From the NCBI GenBank assembly GCA_965237415.1, contig CBDEFM010000002.1:2336001-2400000 (forward strand): 64,000 nt of DNA. Reading direction: 5' to 3'. A program made the position numbers and the translations under genes. Shown here in pieces: positions 38,231 through 47,075 of this stretch (position 1 is its first letter; every line of letters starts with the position of its first letter). The notes beneath the pieces were generated by a model, which saw only the letters and a program-made list of their open reading frames with translations, made no database searches and had not been told where the DNA came from. This stretch comes from Alphaproteobacteria bacterium (GTDB taxonomy: Bacteria > Pseudomonadota > Alphaproteobacteria > UBA828).

Positions 38231-39872
38231 ATCGCAATCGACGGTGTCTCAAAGTCGTTGACAGGTTCCGATCCTGCGCGACTCTACTTGCCGATCGCCG
38301 GGCGAAATCGCCGAAGCCCGCGCCTCCGCCCGTGCTCATCACCAGGCGGTCGCCCTTCGCCAGGCGGAAGCTCGTCTTCGAGCCGAGCACGATCTTCTCG
38401 TTGCCGCGCAGCACGCAGGCATGCGCCGCACCGCCGTCCGCACCGCCGAATAACCCCTCCGGCGGGATTGTGAAACGATCGGAGTAGGACTGGTACTCGA
38501 CGTCGTCCGCCAGCACCTCGTACACCCGCCTGATACCGAGCCCGCCGCGCCATTCTCCTTCGCCGCCCGAGCCCGCCACGAGCGCGTACTCCGCCACGCG
38601 GAAGAACGCGTGCTCCATGTCGATGGCCTCGACGGGGATGTTGGAGCAGTTGGAGAGGGGGCTGTCGACCGCGTCGCAACCGTCGCCCAGCGCGCTCGCA
38701 CCGTAGCCACCCCCGAAGATCTCAAGATAGATGCCGTAACCCTCCTCACCGAGGTGCGAGAGGCACGTGGCGTGCGTGGTGTCGAAGCCGGCCGCCATCA
38801 CCCGCTCGGGCACCGCCTCGGCGAGAGCCTTCATCACCGCATTGTACGCGCGGTAGGCGGACAGCATTCGCGCGCGCACCGGGGCCGGAGGGCGCGGATT
38901 GAGCAGCGAGCCGTAAGGCGCAGCAATGCTGATCGGCCGCTTCGCGCCCTCGTTGAAGGGGATGTCGGGGCTCGTGAGCACCGACTTGACGCACGAGAGC
39001 CCCGCCGCGATCGTCGATGCGAAGGGGCAGTTCACGTTCGTACGCACCTGATCGCACGTCCCCTCGTAGTCGACCGAGACGGTATCGCCCGCGATCTCCA
39101 CCCGCGCGCGCACCACGAGCGGCTGGTCGTTCTCTCCGTCGCTGTCGAGCTGGTCCTCGCCGTGGTAGACGCCGTCGGGTGCTGCGGCAATCGCGGCCCG
39201 CATGCGCTGCTCGGTGTAGTCGAGCAGCCCCGCCATCGCCTCTTTGACCGTGTCCGCCCCGAACTTCCCGCAGAGCTCGATCACGCGCCTCGCTCCGACC
39301 CCGTTTGCCGCGAACTGCGCATTGCAGTCCCCGATCGTCTTCTCCGGAACGCGCACATTTGCGCGTACCAGACGCTCGAAGGGGCCGCCGTTCCAGTCGC
39401 GGTTCACGTTGTAGCGGCTCGGCGGAAAGATGAGGCCCTCCTGATGGACGTCGCCGGCCGCCATGTTGAGACCCGGCGCCCCGCCGCCGAGATCGAGGTG
39501 ATGGGCGACGGTTGCGCTGAACCCGACGAGCCTGGTGCCGAAAAAGATGGGTGTGAAGATGAATATGTCGGGGACGTGCTGCCCGCCGTGATACGGATCG
39601 TTGTTGATGTAGAAGTCGTCGGGCTCCAGCGTCTCGGGCGGATAGAGCTCTGCACAGGCTCGGAAGGTCGTGGCGATCGGGCCGAGTTGCATGGGAATGA
39701 GCTCCGCCTGGCTCACCACGTTGCCGTCCACGTCCAGCAGCGCAGCGGAGCAGTCGTTCGCCTCCCGCACGATCGGCGAGTAGGCCGAGCGCACGAGTTT
39801 GATCCCCATTTCCTTTGCGGCAGCGATCAGCGCCTGGGAGATGATCGCCTGGTCGACCTGATCGAGCGACAT
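38187..39872 (-). CDS. hydantoinase B/oxoprolinase family protein; C-terminus replaced by IS sequence
   Basis: SAYSPIVRE, NDPYHGGQHVPD, HHLDLGG, EGLIFPP, GGGAGFGD. Confidence 0.9.
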   Translation of the reverse strand: MSLDQVDQAIISQALIAAAKEMGIKLVRSAYSPIVREANDCSAALLDVDGNVVSQAELIPMQLGPIATTFRACAELYPPETLEPDDFYINNDPYHGGQHVPDIFIFTPIFFGTRLVGFSATVAHHLDLGGGAPGLNMAAGDVHQEGLIFPPSRYNVNRDWNGGPFERLVRANVRVPEKTIGDCNAQFAANGVGARRVIELCGKFGADTVKEAMAGLLDYTEQRMRAAIAAAPDGVYHGEDQLDSDGENDQPLVVRARVEIAGDTVSVDYEGTCDQVRTNVNCPFASTIAAGLSCVKSVLTSPDIPFNEGAKRPISIAAPYGSLLNPRPPAPVRARMLSAYRAYNAVMKALAEAVPERVMAAGFDTTHATCLSHLGEEGYGIYLEIFGGGYGASALGDGCDAVDSPLSNCSNIPVEAIDMEHAFFRVAEYALVAGSGGEGEWRGGLGIRRVYEVLADDVEYQSYSDRFTIPPEGLFGGADGGAAHACVLRGNEKIVLGSKTSFRLAKGDRLVMSTGGGAGFGDFARRSASRVAQDRNLSTTLRHRRLRFTEQSLLLWMCQVD

Positions 39873-39910
39873 GGGTCCTCTCCTTGGGCTCTCCGTGCTC
39901 TATCCCGAAC

Positions 39911-41932
39911 TCAGCGCGTCAGGATGACATTATGGTGTGCGTCCACCCGCGCGCGCCATCCCGGCGGGACGTAGGCGGTGGAGGTCTCGTCCGCGATGAG
40001 CAACGGTCCTTCGCCCACGCCCACATCGAGCAGCGCGCCGCGGTTGAGCCGACGGGCTTTTCTGCGCTCGCCGCCGTCGAAGAGCGTGACATCCGCTGCG
40101 TGCGGGGAGTCGTCCGTCCCGACAAGTGCGGGGACGGCCGGGGGCGGGGACGCGATGCCGAGCCGGAAGGAGACGATCTCCGGGCGGTTGGTCCGCGAGT
40201 CGTCGAACTCGAAGATGCGATGGTGCGCCTCGTTGAACCGCTCCCGCAAGAGACCCGCATCGAGACGCGCAATCTCGTCTTCGTTAAGCAGGATCGGGAC
40301 CTCGAAGGCCTGGCCCACGTAGCGCATTTCGAGCGCATGGGTGTAGCGGAGCCCGCTCGTCAGGCCGAGTTCCGCAAAGGCGGCGTCTGCGTCTGCGCGC
40401 ATGGCCGTAAACTGCGCGCGAACGCGCTCTGCGGCGCCAGCCTCGTCGAGGGCAATTCGCACCGTGCGGTTCTCGTAGCGCACGAAATCCGAGGCGACGA
40501 GGCCGAAGGCCGAGAGCACGCCGGCCTCGGGCGGAACGGCGATGGTCGAGATACCCAGCACCTCGGCGACCCGCGCCGCGTGCAGCGGCCCCGCGCCGCC
40601 GAAGGGGACGAGCACGTAATCACGCGGATCGCGGCCCCGCTCGGTCGAGACGAGCTGGATCGCCCGCACGATGTTGTGTTCGGCCACCCGTACCGCGTCG
40701 TCGGCGAGTTGCTCCACGCTTCGGCCGAACTGTTTCGCCAGCATGGCGAAGGCGCCTCGGGCAAGTTCGGGATCGACGTCCATGCGCCCGCCGAGGAAGG
40801 TGTCGGCGAGCACGGTGCCGCGCACCAGGTGCGCGTCGGTGATTGTCGGGTCGGCGCCGCCGCGCCGGTAGCAGGCCGGGCCGGGCTCCGCGCCGGCCGA
40901 GCGCGGACCGACCCGCAGCATGCCGCCGTCGTCGCGCCAGACGATCGAGCCGCCCCCCGCCCCCACCGTCACGATGTCGAGCACCGGAATGCGAATGGGC
41001 AGACCGTCGATCTCGGCGTCGCTCGTCAGCACCGGTGTCCCACCCTGCACCAGGCACACGTCGGTGCTCGTGCCACCCATGTCGAACGTGATGAGGTCGC
41101 GATAGCCCGAGCGCTCTGCCTGTCGGATCGCGCCCATCACGCCTGCCGCCGGGCCTGAGTAGAGCGAGGTAATCGCGTTGCCGGCCATGCCGCGCGCGGG
41201 CAGCCTGCCCCCGTTGGACTGCATGAGGCTGAAGCGGCCGTTGAAGCCCCGGCCGTCCAGCGCGCGCGCGAACTCGCCGAGATAGCGGTCGATGACGGGC
41301 TGCACGTACGCCGCAAGCACGGTGGTCGAGGCGCGCTCGTATTCGCGGAACTCGCGAGTCACGTCGCACGAGCACGTGATTCCGACGTCGGGAAAGGACT
41401 CGGCGACCATCGCTGCGACTCGTCGCTCATGCGTGGGGTTCGCGTAGCTGTTCAGGAAGCAGATCGCGACGGACTCATAGCCGGCGCCGTGCAACGTCTG
41501 GTGAATTCGCTGCCGCGCAGCCCCTTCATCGAGGGCGGTCACCACCTCGCCATGCGGGCCGACCCGCTCGGGGATTTCGAACGTGTCGCGGCGCGGCACC
41601 ACCGGCTCTGGCTTCCGGTAATGAATGTCGTAGATGGAGCGCCGGCTTTGCCGCTGCAGCGCGAGCAGGTCGCGAAATCCCTCCGTCGCGAAGAACGCCA
41701 CCTTGGCACCCTTGCGCTCGAGCACCGCGTTGGTGGCCACGGTCGAGCCGTGGACGAGATCGCCGGTAGCCTCCAGCACCAAACCCGACTGATCCAGCGC
41801 TGCGATGGCCCCGCGGTGCGGCTCCTGCGGCGTGCTCGGCACCTTGGTGATGCGCACACCGCCGGCCTCGAACGCGACGAGATCGGTGAACGTACCGCCG
41901 ACCTCGACCCCCACCCGGACAGCTTCGCTCAT
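39911..41932 (-). CDS. hydantoinase A/oxoprolinase family protein
   Basis: VGGTFTD, HGSTVATNA, SGPAAG, DMGGTSTD, GAGGGS. Confidence 0.92.
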   Translation of the reverse strand: MSEAVRVGVEVGGTFTDLVAFEAGGVRITKVPSTPQEPHRGAIAALDQSGLVLEATGDLVHGSTVATNAVLERKGAKVAFFATEGFRDLLALQRQSRRSIYDIHYRKPEPVVPRRDTFEIPERVGPHGEVVTALDEGAARQRIHQTLHGAGYESVAICFLNSYANPTHERRVAAMVAESFPDVGITCSCDVTREFREYERASTTVLAAYVQPVIDRYLGEFARALDGRGFNGRFSLMQSNGGRLPARGMAGNAITSLYSGPAAGVMGAIRQAERSGYRDLITFDMGGTSTDVCLVQGGTPVLTSDAEIDGLPIRIPVLDIVTVGAGGGSIVWRDDGGMLRVGPRSAGAEPGPACYRRGGADPTITDAHLVRGTVLADTFLGGRMDVDPELARGAFAMLAKQFGRSVEQLADDAVRVAEHNIVRAIQLVSTERGRDPRDYVLVPFGGAGPLHAARVAEVLGISTIAVPPEAGVLSAFGLVASDFVRYENRTVRIALDEAGAAERVRAQFTAMRADADAAFAELGLTSGLRYTHALEMRYVGQAFEVPILLNEDEIARLDAGLLRERFNEAHHRIFEFDDSRTNRPEIVSFRLGIASPPPAVPALVGTDDSPHAADVTLFDGGERRKARRLNRGALLDVGVGEGPLLIADETSTAYVPPGWRARVDAHHNVILTR

Positions 41933-42011
41933 GCGTGCCCGCGCGTGCTCTTGCCCAATTGAGTGGGGGACGGGGTCATCTCACTCTCCCGATTGCAGGG
42001 TGCGGCAGATA

Positions 42012-42144
42012 CTAGTCACCTGAATCTGAAGTTCGCCACATAAAGACAACTATATTGCACGACCACATTCTTCGACAATAGAGCGACTTAGTGTGACGAC
42101 ACTGCCAATTGAAAATGATCTCAACTTCAGTGTCAGGTGACTAG
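42012..42144. mobile_element. MITE with CTAG/TA ends (IS630- or IS5-type)
   Basis: TIRs CTAGTCACCTGAATCTGAAGTT / AACTTCAGTGTCAGGTGACTAG around an AT-rich non-coding core. Confidence 0.8.
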
Positions 42145-42312
42145 TGCCTCGGTTTTGAGGTTTCTAGCCGCGTTGGCCGCTCCGCAATACGCCGCGCCGC
42201 GCTCGTGATGATCTCCTCGGCGTCGAAGCGGATGAGCGATCAGCGGGCGGGATAGCCTTCAAATCAAGGACTCCGTGTTGGCGGTCGAGAGACGCCGATC
42301 CCGCCGTCAGCG

Positions 42313-43101
42313 TCAGGGCCAGACGACGGGATATTGCGTGCTATCGAGCGGGTCGCCGTCGGCGAGAGCCGGGTTGCGCAGGTCGCGGTTCGGGCCGGGT
42401 CCGGCGAAATAGGTGCAGCCCTCGCCGCAATAGCGCACTGCGTAGCCGCGCCGGCGGACATCCGTCGTGAGGTTGCCGCCCGCGCCGTGGACGGTCATCG
42501 CATGGAAGGCGAGCGCGTCGCCCGGCTCCATGTCCCAGGAGAGCATGCGGTATCCGCCGGCGTCGATATCGGGCATGAGCTCGTAGCCCTCGCCCTGCTC
42601 GTAGGCTGCTCCGCCTTCGGCGAAGGGCTCAGGCTGGAACCATCGGTCCCAGCGGTGCGAGCCGGCAACGAAGGCGAGCGCGCCGCTCACGCGCGTGACC
42701 GGGTCGAGCGGCAGCCAGAAGGACATCACCGGCCAGCCGCGCACGGGCCAGTAGGGCTGGTCGTTGTGCCAGCGCGTCGGCTGCGGCGTGCCCGGCTCCT
42801 TCACGAAGAGCTGGTCGTAGAAGAGGTTGAGGCGTTCGGCGCTCAGGAACCGCGCCGCCAGCTCCCTGAGCGGCCCCTCGCAGCAGAAGGCCCGGAAGCC
42901 CGCATCGATTTCCCAGACGCGCTGGTTACCGTGGAAGCGGCCCACCTCCGGCCGGTAGCCGGTGAAGTACGGTCCCGGCTCCGCAATATCGCGCTCGATC
43001 GCGTCCGCCAGAACGCTGAGCCACGCGGCCGGCACGACACCCTTCACCAGCACCGCGCCATCGCGGTCGAAATCCGCCCGTTCGCGCGCTGTCGGCCGCA
43101 T
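42313..43101 (-). CDS. phytanoyl-CoA dioxygenase (PhyH) family 2OG-Fe(II) oxygenase
   Basis: WHNDQPYW (HxD), GSHRW, PGDALAFH..TVHGA. Confidence 0.88.
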   Translation of the reverse strand: MRPTARERADFDRDGAVLVKGVVPAAWLSVLADAIERDIAEPGPYFTGYRPEVGRFHGNQRVWEIDAGFRAFCCEGPLRELAARFLSAERLNLFYDQLFVKEPGTPQPTRWHNDQPYWPVRGWPVMSFWLPLDPVTRVSGALAFVAGSHRWDRWFQPEPFAEGGAAYEQGEGYELMPDIDAGGYRMLSWDMEPGDALAFHAMTVHGAGGNLTTDVRRRGYAVRYCGEGCTYFAGPGPNRDLRNPALADGDPLDSTQYPVVWP

Positions 43102-43274
43102 GGCATCCTCCTCTCCGGCCCGACACCTGGCCCGAGCCCCACCGCAGCCAGGCAACACCCTTCGTCGTCACCGCCCCTGGGCGCGACGCAGGCTGGATCC
43201 GCACGCCCCGTGACCCTGGATCCGCACGCCCCGGTACTAGCACTGGCACGCACGAGACGGGCGAGAAATTAAAT

Positions 43275-43660
43275 GTCATGCGGGATTAAGTGGGATTAAG
43301 TGGGATAAGTGGGATTCGGTGGGACAGGCGGCGGCAGTCCTGGATGACGCTGGCGACGACAACGCGGACTGTCGCGCACGCCCACAGGGTCACGAACGCG
43401 GTAGATGGGGTCGCGCGCGGGCGTGGAAGAATGGGTCGCGCGCGGCATATTGTCCCTCGCTCGCCCGTAGGGTCGCGCGCGCCTTTCCCTGCCTCCACCT
43501 GTCGCGGCCCGTGTTCTCTCGTGTTTCAGGACGCGATCCTGACGCAGAATCCGCGCCCGGTGCACCGCACCACGGTCCGGGTCGCGCGCGCCTGAGAGGC
43601 CACGCGCGGTTCAACAGAGTCGCGCACGCCCGCAGGGTCGTGCGCGCGGTACATATGGTC
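43275..43660 (-). repeat. dispersed non-coding repeat, copy B (inverted relative to A)
   Basis: CGGGATTAAGTGGGATTAAGTGGGATAAGTGGGATTC is the exact reverse complement of the copy A end; further shared blocks. Confidence 0.8.
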
Positions 43661-44053
43661 GCGGGCGCCCGCATTGATGCCCTGGAAGCTGTAGTAGCCG
43701 CCGACCATCATCAGGCCGCGGCCTTCGCCCACATAGTCACGGATGAGCTTGAGCCGGTTCGGCGTGGGCTTGCTGTCGATCCACGTATCGGGATGCAGGA
43801 GAAGAGTGTTGGAGCCGATGTCGCTGAGAATGACGGCGTCGAATTCCCGAAGCCCGGCGAGCGTCGACGGAAAGTGCGTCTGCGCCTCGTGAGCCGGCAT
43901 GTAGGTGAGCGCGAAATCGCTGTCTGCCAGCGCGTCGGCCAGCGCATCCGCGCCGCGATGAAAGGTGACCGTGGGAAACTGATCGAAGCCCTTGATGTGC
44001 GTTGCGGTCGTCACCCACGATTCGCCCGCCAGCAGAATCTTCGATCGCGCCAT
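43660..44053 (-). pseudogene. glutamine amidotransferase-like (DUF1355) gene truncated by repeat copy B
   Basis: KILLAGESW..HIKGFDQF..ILSDIGSNTLLL..GGYYSFQGINAGAR, then reads into the repeat. Confidence 0.8.
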
Positions 44054-44398
44054 TCTGGTCTCCTCAGCCAGTCTCCATCACGCCGCTCAGGCCATCCCCG
44101 CCACCCGCTCCGACCGGCGCCCGCCGGGCGGTCCGGCCCGAATGCTAGTTCATGCCCGGTCCCGTCTCCAGCGAGATGTCGCGCCCGCCCGAATCGCGCA
44201 AGCCCGTAGGGTCTTGCGCGCGACAAGAGGAGTCGGGCGCGCGGGACTAGGACCGGCGCCCGCGGCTGCTTCCTCCACAACCCCGGCTACGACGTCAACG
44301 ACGAGATTCTCCTCATCGGCGCCAGCTACCGGGCGACGCTGGCGGAACGGGAGCTGGCGAAGAGAGCTACGGCAGGCGGCTAACCCCTCACAGCCCAC

Positions 44399-44438
44399 TT
44401 GCATTTCCCGCTTAGTCATATTAGAACATACATAGAAC
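44399..44438 (+). promoter_or_regulatory. sigma70-type promoter with overlapping alpha-type LexA box
   Basis: TTGCAT-N17-TAGAAC; GAAC-atacata-GAAC at 44424-44438. Confidence 0.7.
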
Positions 44439-44472
44439 ACGCAATCAACTTGACTAACGCTACATCTTGTGG

Positions 44473-45864
44473 ATGAGTGGTCTCGTGACCATACATTTAG
44501 CGAAGCGCCAGCAACGCATACGCGATCCCGTCCACGGACTTATAGCATTTTCTGCATCCGACGACTTCGAGCAGCTGATGTGGTCCCTGATCAATGCATG
44601 CGAATTCCAGCGCTTGCGGCGCATTAAGCAGCTCGGCTTTTCGGAACTCGTTTACCCTGGTGCAACTCACACTCGCTTCTCCCACAGTGTGGGCGTTTTT
44701 CACACTTCTCGTCAATTAGTCGATCTTCTCAAGACCACTCTGGGAGACACTTTCTCGCAGGAAAGAGCAAACGTCGCAATGTGCTCCGCCCTTCTTCATG
44801 ACCTTGGTCATGGCCCCTTTAGTCATGCGTTTGAAGGCGTAGAGAAGGCACGGGGTGCGCGGAAGAGGCATGAGAAATGGACGGCCGAAATTATAAGGGG
44901 CGACACGGAAGTTGGACAAATTCTGGCGACGTATGATAAGTCTTTTCAGATCAATGTGGCAAGTCTTCTTGAGCAAGAGTACCCGGTGGACATCTATTCT
45001 TCTATTGTATCAAGCCAGTTTGACGCTGATCGAATCGACTATCTTCAGCGAGATAGAATTATGACTGGAACCGAATATGCCGGACTGGACTGGGATTGGC
45101 TGCTGAATAACTTGGAAGTTGGGGAGTTAACGATTGGCGGTGATGACGCAAAGGACCCGTTTGTTGTTGAGGGATTTATTCTCAGTGCTAAAGGTCTCAA
45201 GGCGGCGGAGGGTTACCTTATCGGTCGGTACCATATGTACACGCAGGTGTACATGCATAAGACTACGCGCGCCGCAGAAAAAATGCTCGAATCCCTACTC
45301 ACACGTACCGCTAAGATAATCAATTCGGGAGATCCCTCCAAAACCGGATTACCTAAGAATCACCCGCTCAGATTATATTTTGAAGAAGATGGAAATTCCA
45401 TCGAGCACTATTTGCGTCTGGATGACGCTACAATTTGGGGTGGCCTTGCGCTAATGGAGCAGGCACGAGATAAGGAAATTGTGGATTTGGCCAACCGCTT
45501 GAGAAACAGAGCACTGTATAAATGCTTAGATGTCGGCGCGCGACACAAAATCGTTGGAGGAGATGCTAGAGGGAAATTTCAAAAAGCACTGTCGGATGCG
45601 AAAAGAAAGGGCAGCTTTAAGGATATGGATGTTCTTGAGGACAGGGCGACTGTTTCAGCTTATAAATTTCGCAGCTACGAGAGTCCTGATGCCTTGACAA
45701 AGATCACAATCAGGTTGCCCGATGGAACGGAGCGTCACGAGGACGTGGCGGAGTTATCACCCGTAATTCAAACCCTAAAGGAGGAAAAAGTATTCCGAGT
45801 ATACGGGCGAAATGGCGAAGTGATGGCGAAGTTAACCGAGCTATGGAAGGGAGCGGCGCAATGA
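44473..45864 (+). CDS. HD-domain phosphohydrolase, SAMHD1/YwfO (COG1078)-like putative dNTPase
   Basis: RDPVHG, FQRLRRIKQLG..YPGATHTRFSHS, LLHDLGHGPFSH, DADRIDYLQRD, VYMHK; low GC; start uncertain (44467/44473/44485). Confidence 0.9.
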   Translation: MSGLVTIHLAKRQQRIRDPVHGLIAFSASDDFEQLMWSLINACEFQRLRRIKQLGFSELVYPGATHTRFSHSVGVFHTSRQLVDLLKTTLGDTFSQERANVAMCSALLHDLGHGPFSHAFEGVEKARGARKRHEKWTAEIIRGDTEVGQILATYDKSFQINVASLLEQEYPVDIYSSIVSSQFDADRIDYLQRDRIMTGTEYAGLDWDWLLNNLEVGELTIGGDDAKDPFVVEGFILSAKGLKAAEGYLIGRYHMYTQVYMHKTTRAAEKMLESLLTRTAKIINSGDPSKTGLPKNHPLRLYFEEDGNSIEHYLRLDDATIWGGLALMEQARDKEIVDLANRLRNRALYKCLDVGARHKIVGGDARGKFQKALSDAKRKGSFKDMDVLEDRATVSAYKFRSYESPDALTKITIRLPDGTERHEDVAELSPVIQTLKEEKVFRVYGRNGEVMAKLTELWKGAAQ

Positions 45865-46358
45865 TGGATCAGTCTGACTACGTCAGCGCCATAGTGCGTT
45901 TGGCAGGCGGGGAAATCGTCGGCAAGACGCGATTGCAGAAAATCGCGTATTTGCTCCAAGCTAAGGGTTCTGGATTTAGGGATGTAGAATTCGACTATCA
46001 CAATTTCGGACCCTATAGCGCGGAGTTAGCCTTTGCAGCCGAAGATGCCGAATCTTTGGGTTTCTTGTCCATGGAAGAACGAACTGGTTATCATAGTGTG
46101 CCATATACGGTATTTAGATCGACGGATTGTGCCGCTAGGCTAGATAACTGTGAAGAGATAAAGGCGTGCAAAGCCGACCTTGAAGTGATGAGCGGCTATT
46201 CTGCACTGGTGCTTGAACTGGCCGCAACAGCAATTTATCTGAAGCGGAATGGCTACGCGGAAGACTTCTGGGAGGAAGTGCGGAAACGCAAGTCACTCAA
46301 AGCCACGCAGCCAAGAGTGAGGCAAGCAAAGAAGTTGCTGCAACAGCTAGATCTTTAA
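45861..46358 (+). CDS. YwgA-like protein (winged-helix/Panacea-like fold suspected)
   Basis: GEIVGKTRLQKIAYL..FDYHNFGPYSAEL..LELAAT; ATGA overlap with the HD gene. Confidence 0.75.
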   Translation: MMDQSDYVSAIVRLAGGEIVGKTRLQKIAYLLQAKGSGFRDVEFDYHNFGPYSAELAFAAEDAESLGFLSMEERTGYHSVPYTVFRSTDCAARLDNCEEIKACKADLEVMSGYSALVLELAATAIYLKRNGYAEDFWEEVRKRKSLKATQPRVRQAKKLLQQLDL

Positions 46359-46452
46359 CCTCGGAGTTCATGAGGAAGTGTCATGTCTTGCTCGGCGTGG
46401 GTCCTTAGGGACACAAGAATTGTCTTGGCATGACGTAAGAACGCCCTAAGCC

Positions 46453-46736
46453 TCACCTCGGCCTCAACACCAGCGTCCCCAGCACATCCTCCTCCACTCT
46501 GGCGCGGTCGGTGAGCATGGGGAGGTAGCGGCCGTCGCGCCAGGGCTCGGCGTAGTCCTCGTAGTGCGACGAGAGCGGGTTGCCGGATTGCCCGGTGCTG
46601 ATGACGAAGACCGAGCGCTCGGGCCAGCCCAAGTCGTAGATGGCGCGGTAGCCGGCGCCGTGGTTCTGGGCCAAGGGGCGCTCCTCGTCGGCCACGTCGA
46701 ACCCACCGGCCTTCACCGTCTCCTTCTCGCCGCCCG
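46453..46736 (-). pseudogene. diverged 284-bp 3' fragment of penicillin acylase (inverted copy of 23014..23297)
   Basis: GGEKETVKAGGFDVAD..GQSGNPLSS..GTLVLRPR* aligns without gaps to the pac C-terminus. Confidence 0.9.
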
Positions 46737-46786
46737 ATGGCTGGAGGGTGATCGCGACGCGCTCGCTCACGGAGCAACGCCGCCGC

Positions 46787-47075
46787 TCATTCAATCCCCA
46801 TGACCAGTCTCGGCAGCGTCAGCGAGAGGTCCGGGATGAAGGTGACGATCAGCACCATGGGCAGATGGCCCAAGCACAATAGCTTCATCGTCGGAACGAT
46901 ATACTTGTCCAGCGAGAGCTTGCTGATCCCCGCCGCCATGTAGAGCATCGGCGCGCAGGGGGGCGAGACGTTCCCGAGACCGAGATTGGTGCCGACGATC
47001 GCGGCGAAGTGGATGGGATGGACACCGATCTCCGTCGCCACCGGCAGCAGCACGATCGCCGCGAGCACGCTGCCG
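46787..47075 (-). pseudogene. 3' fragment of TRAP transporter large permease (DctM)
   Basis: LLPVATEIGVHPIHFAAIV..GNVSPP..TFIPDLSLTLP; no 5' part. Confidence 0.8.

Larger units (their letters stand above)
36671..38268 (+). mobile_element. IS3-family insertion sequence inserted in the last codons of hydantoinase B
   Basis: orfA/orfB; imperfect IRs TGCCAAC..TGAGACACC / GGTGTCTCA..GTTGACA; flanking CGATCC direct repeat. Confidence 0.85.

Noticed and set aside
43193-43233. 18-bp direct repeat CTGGATCCGCACGCCCCG x2
   Set aside because: Only two copies; most simply a local slippage duplication
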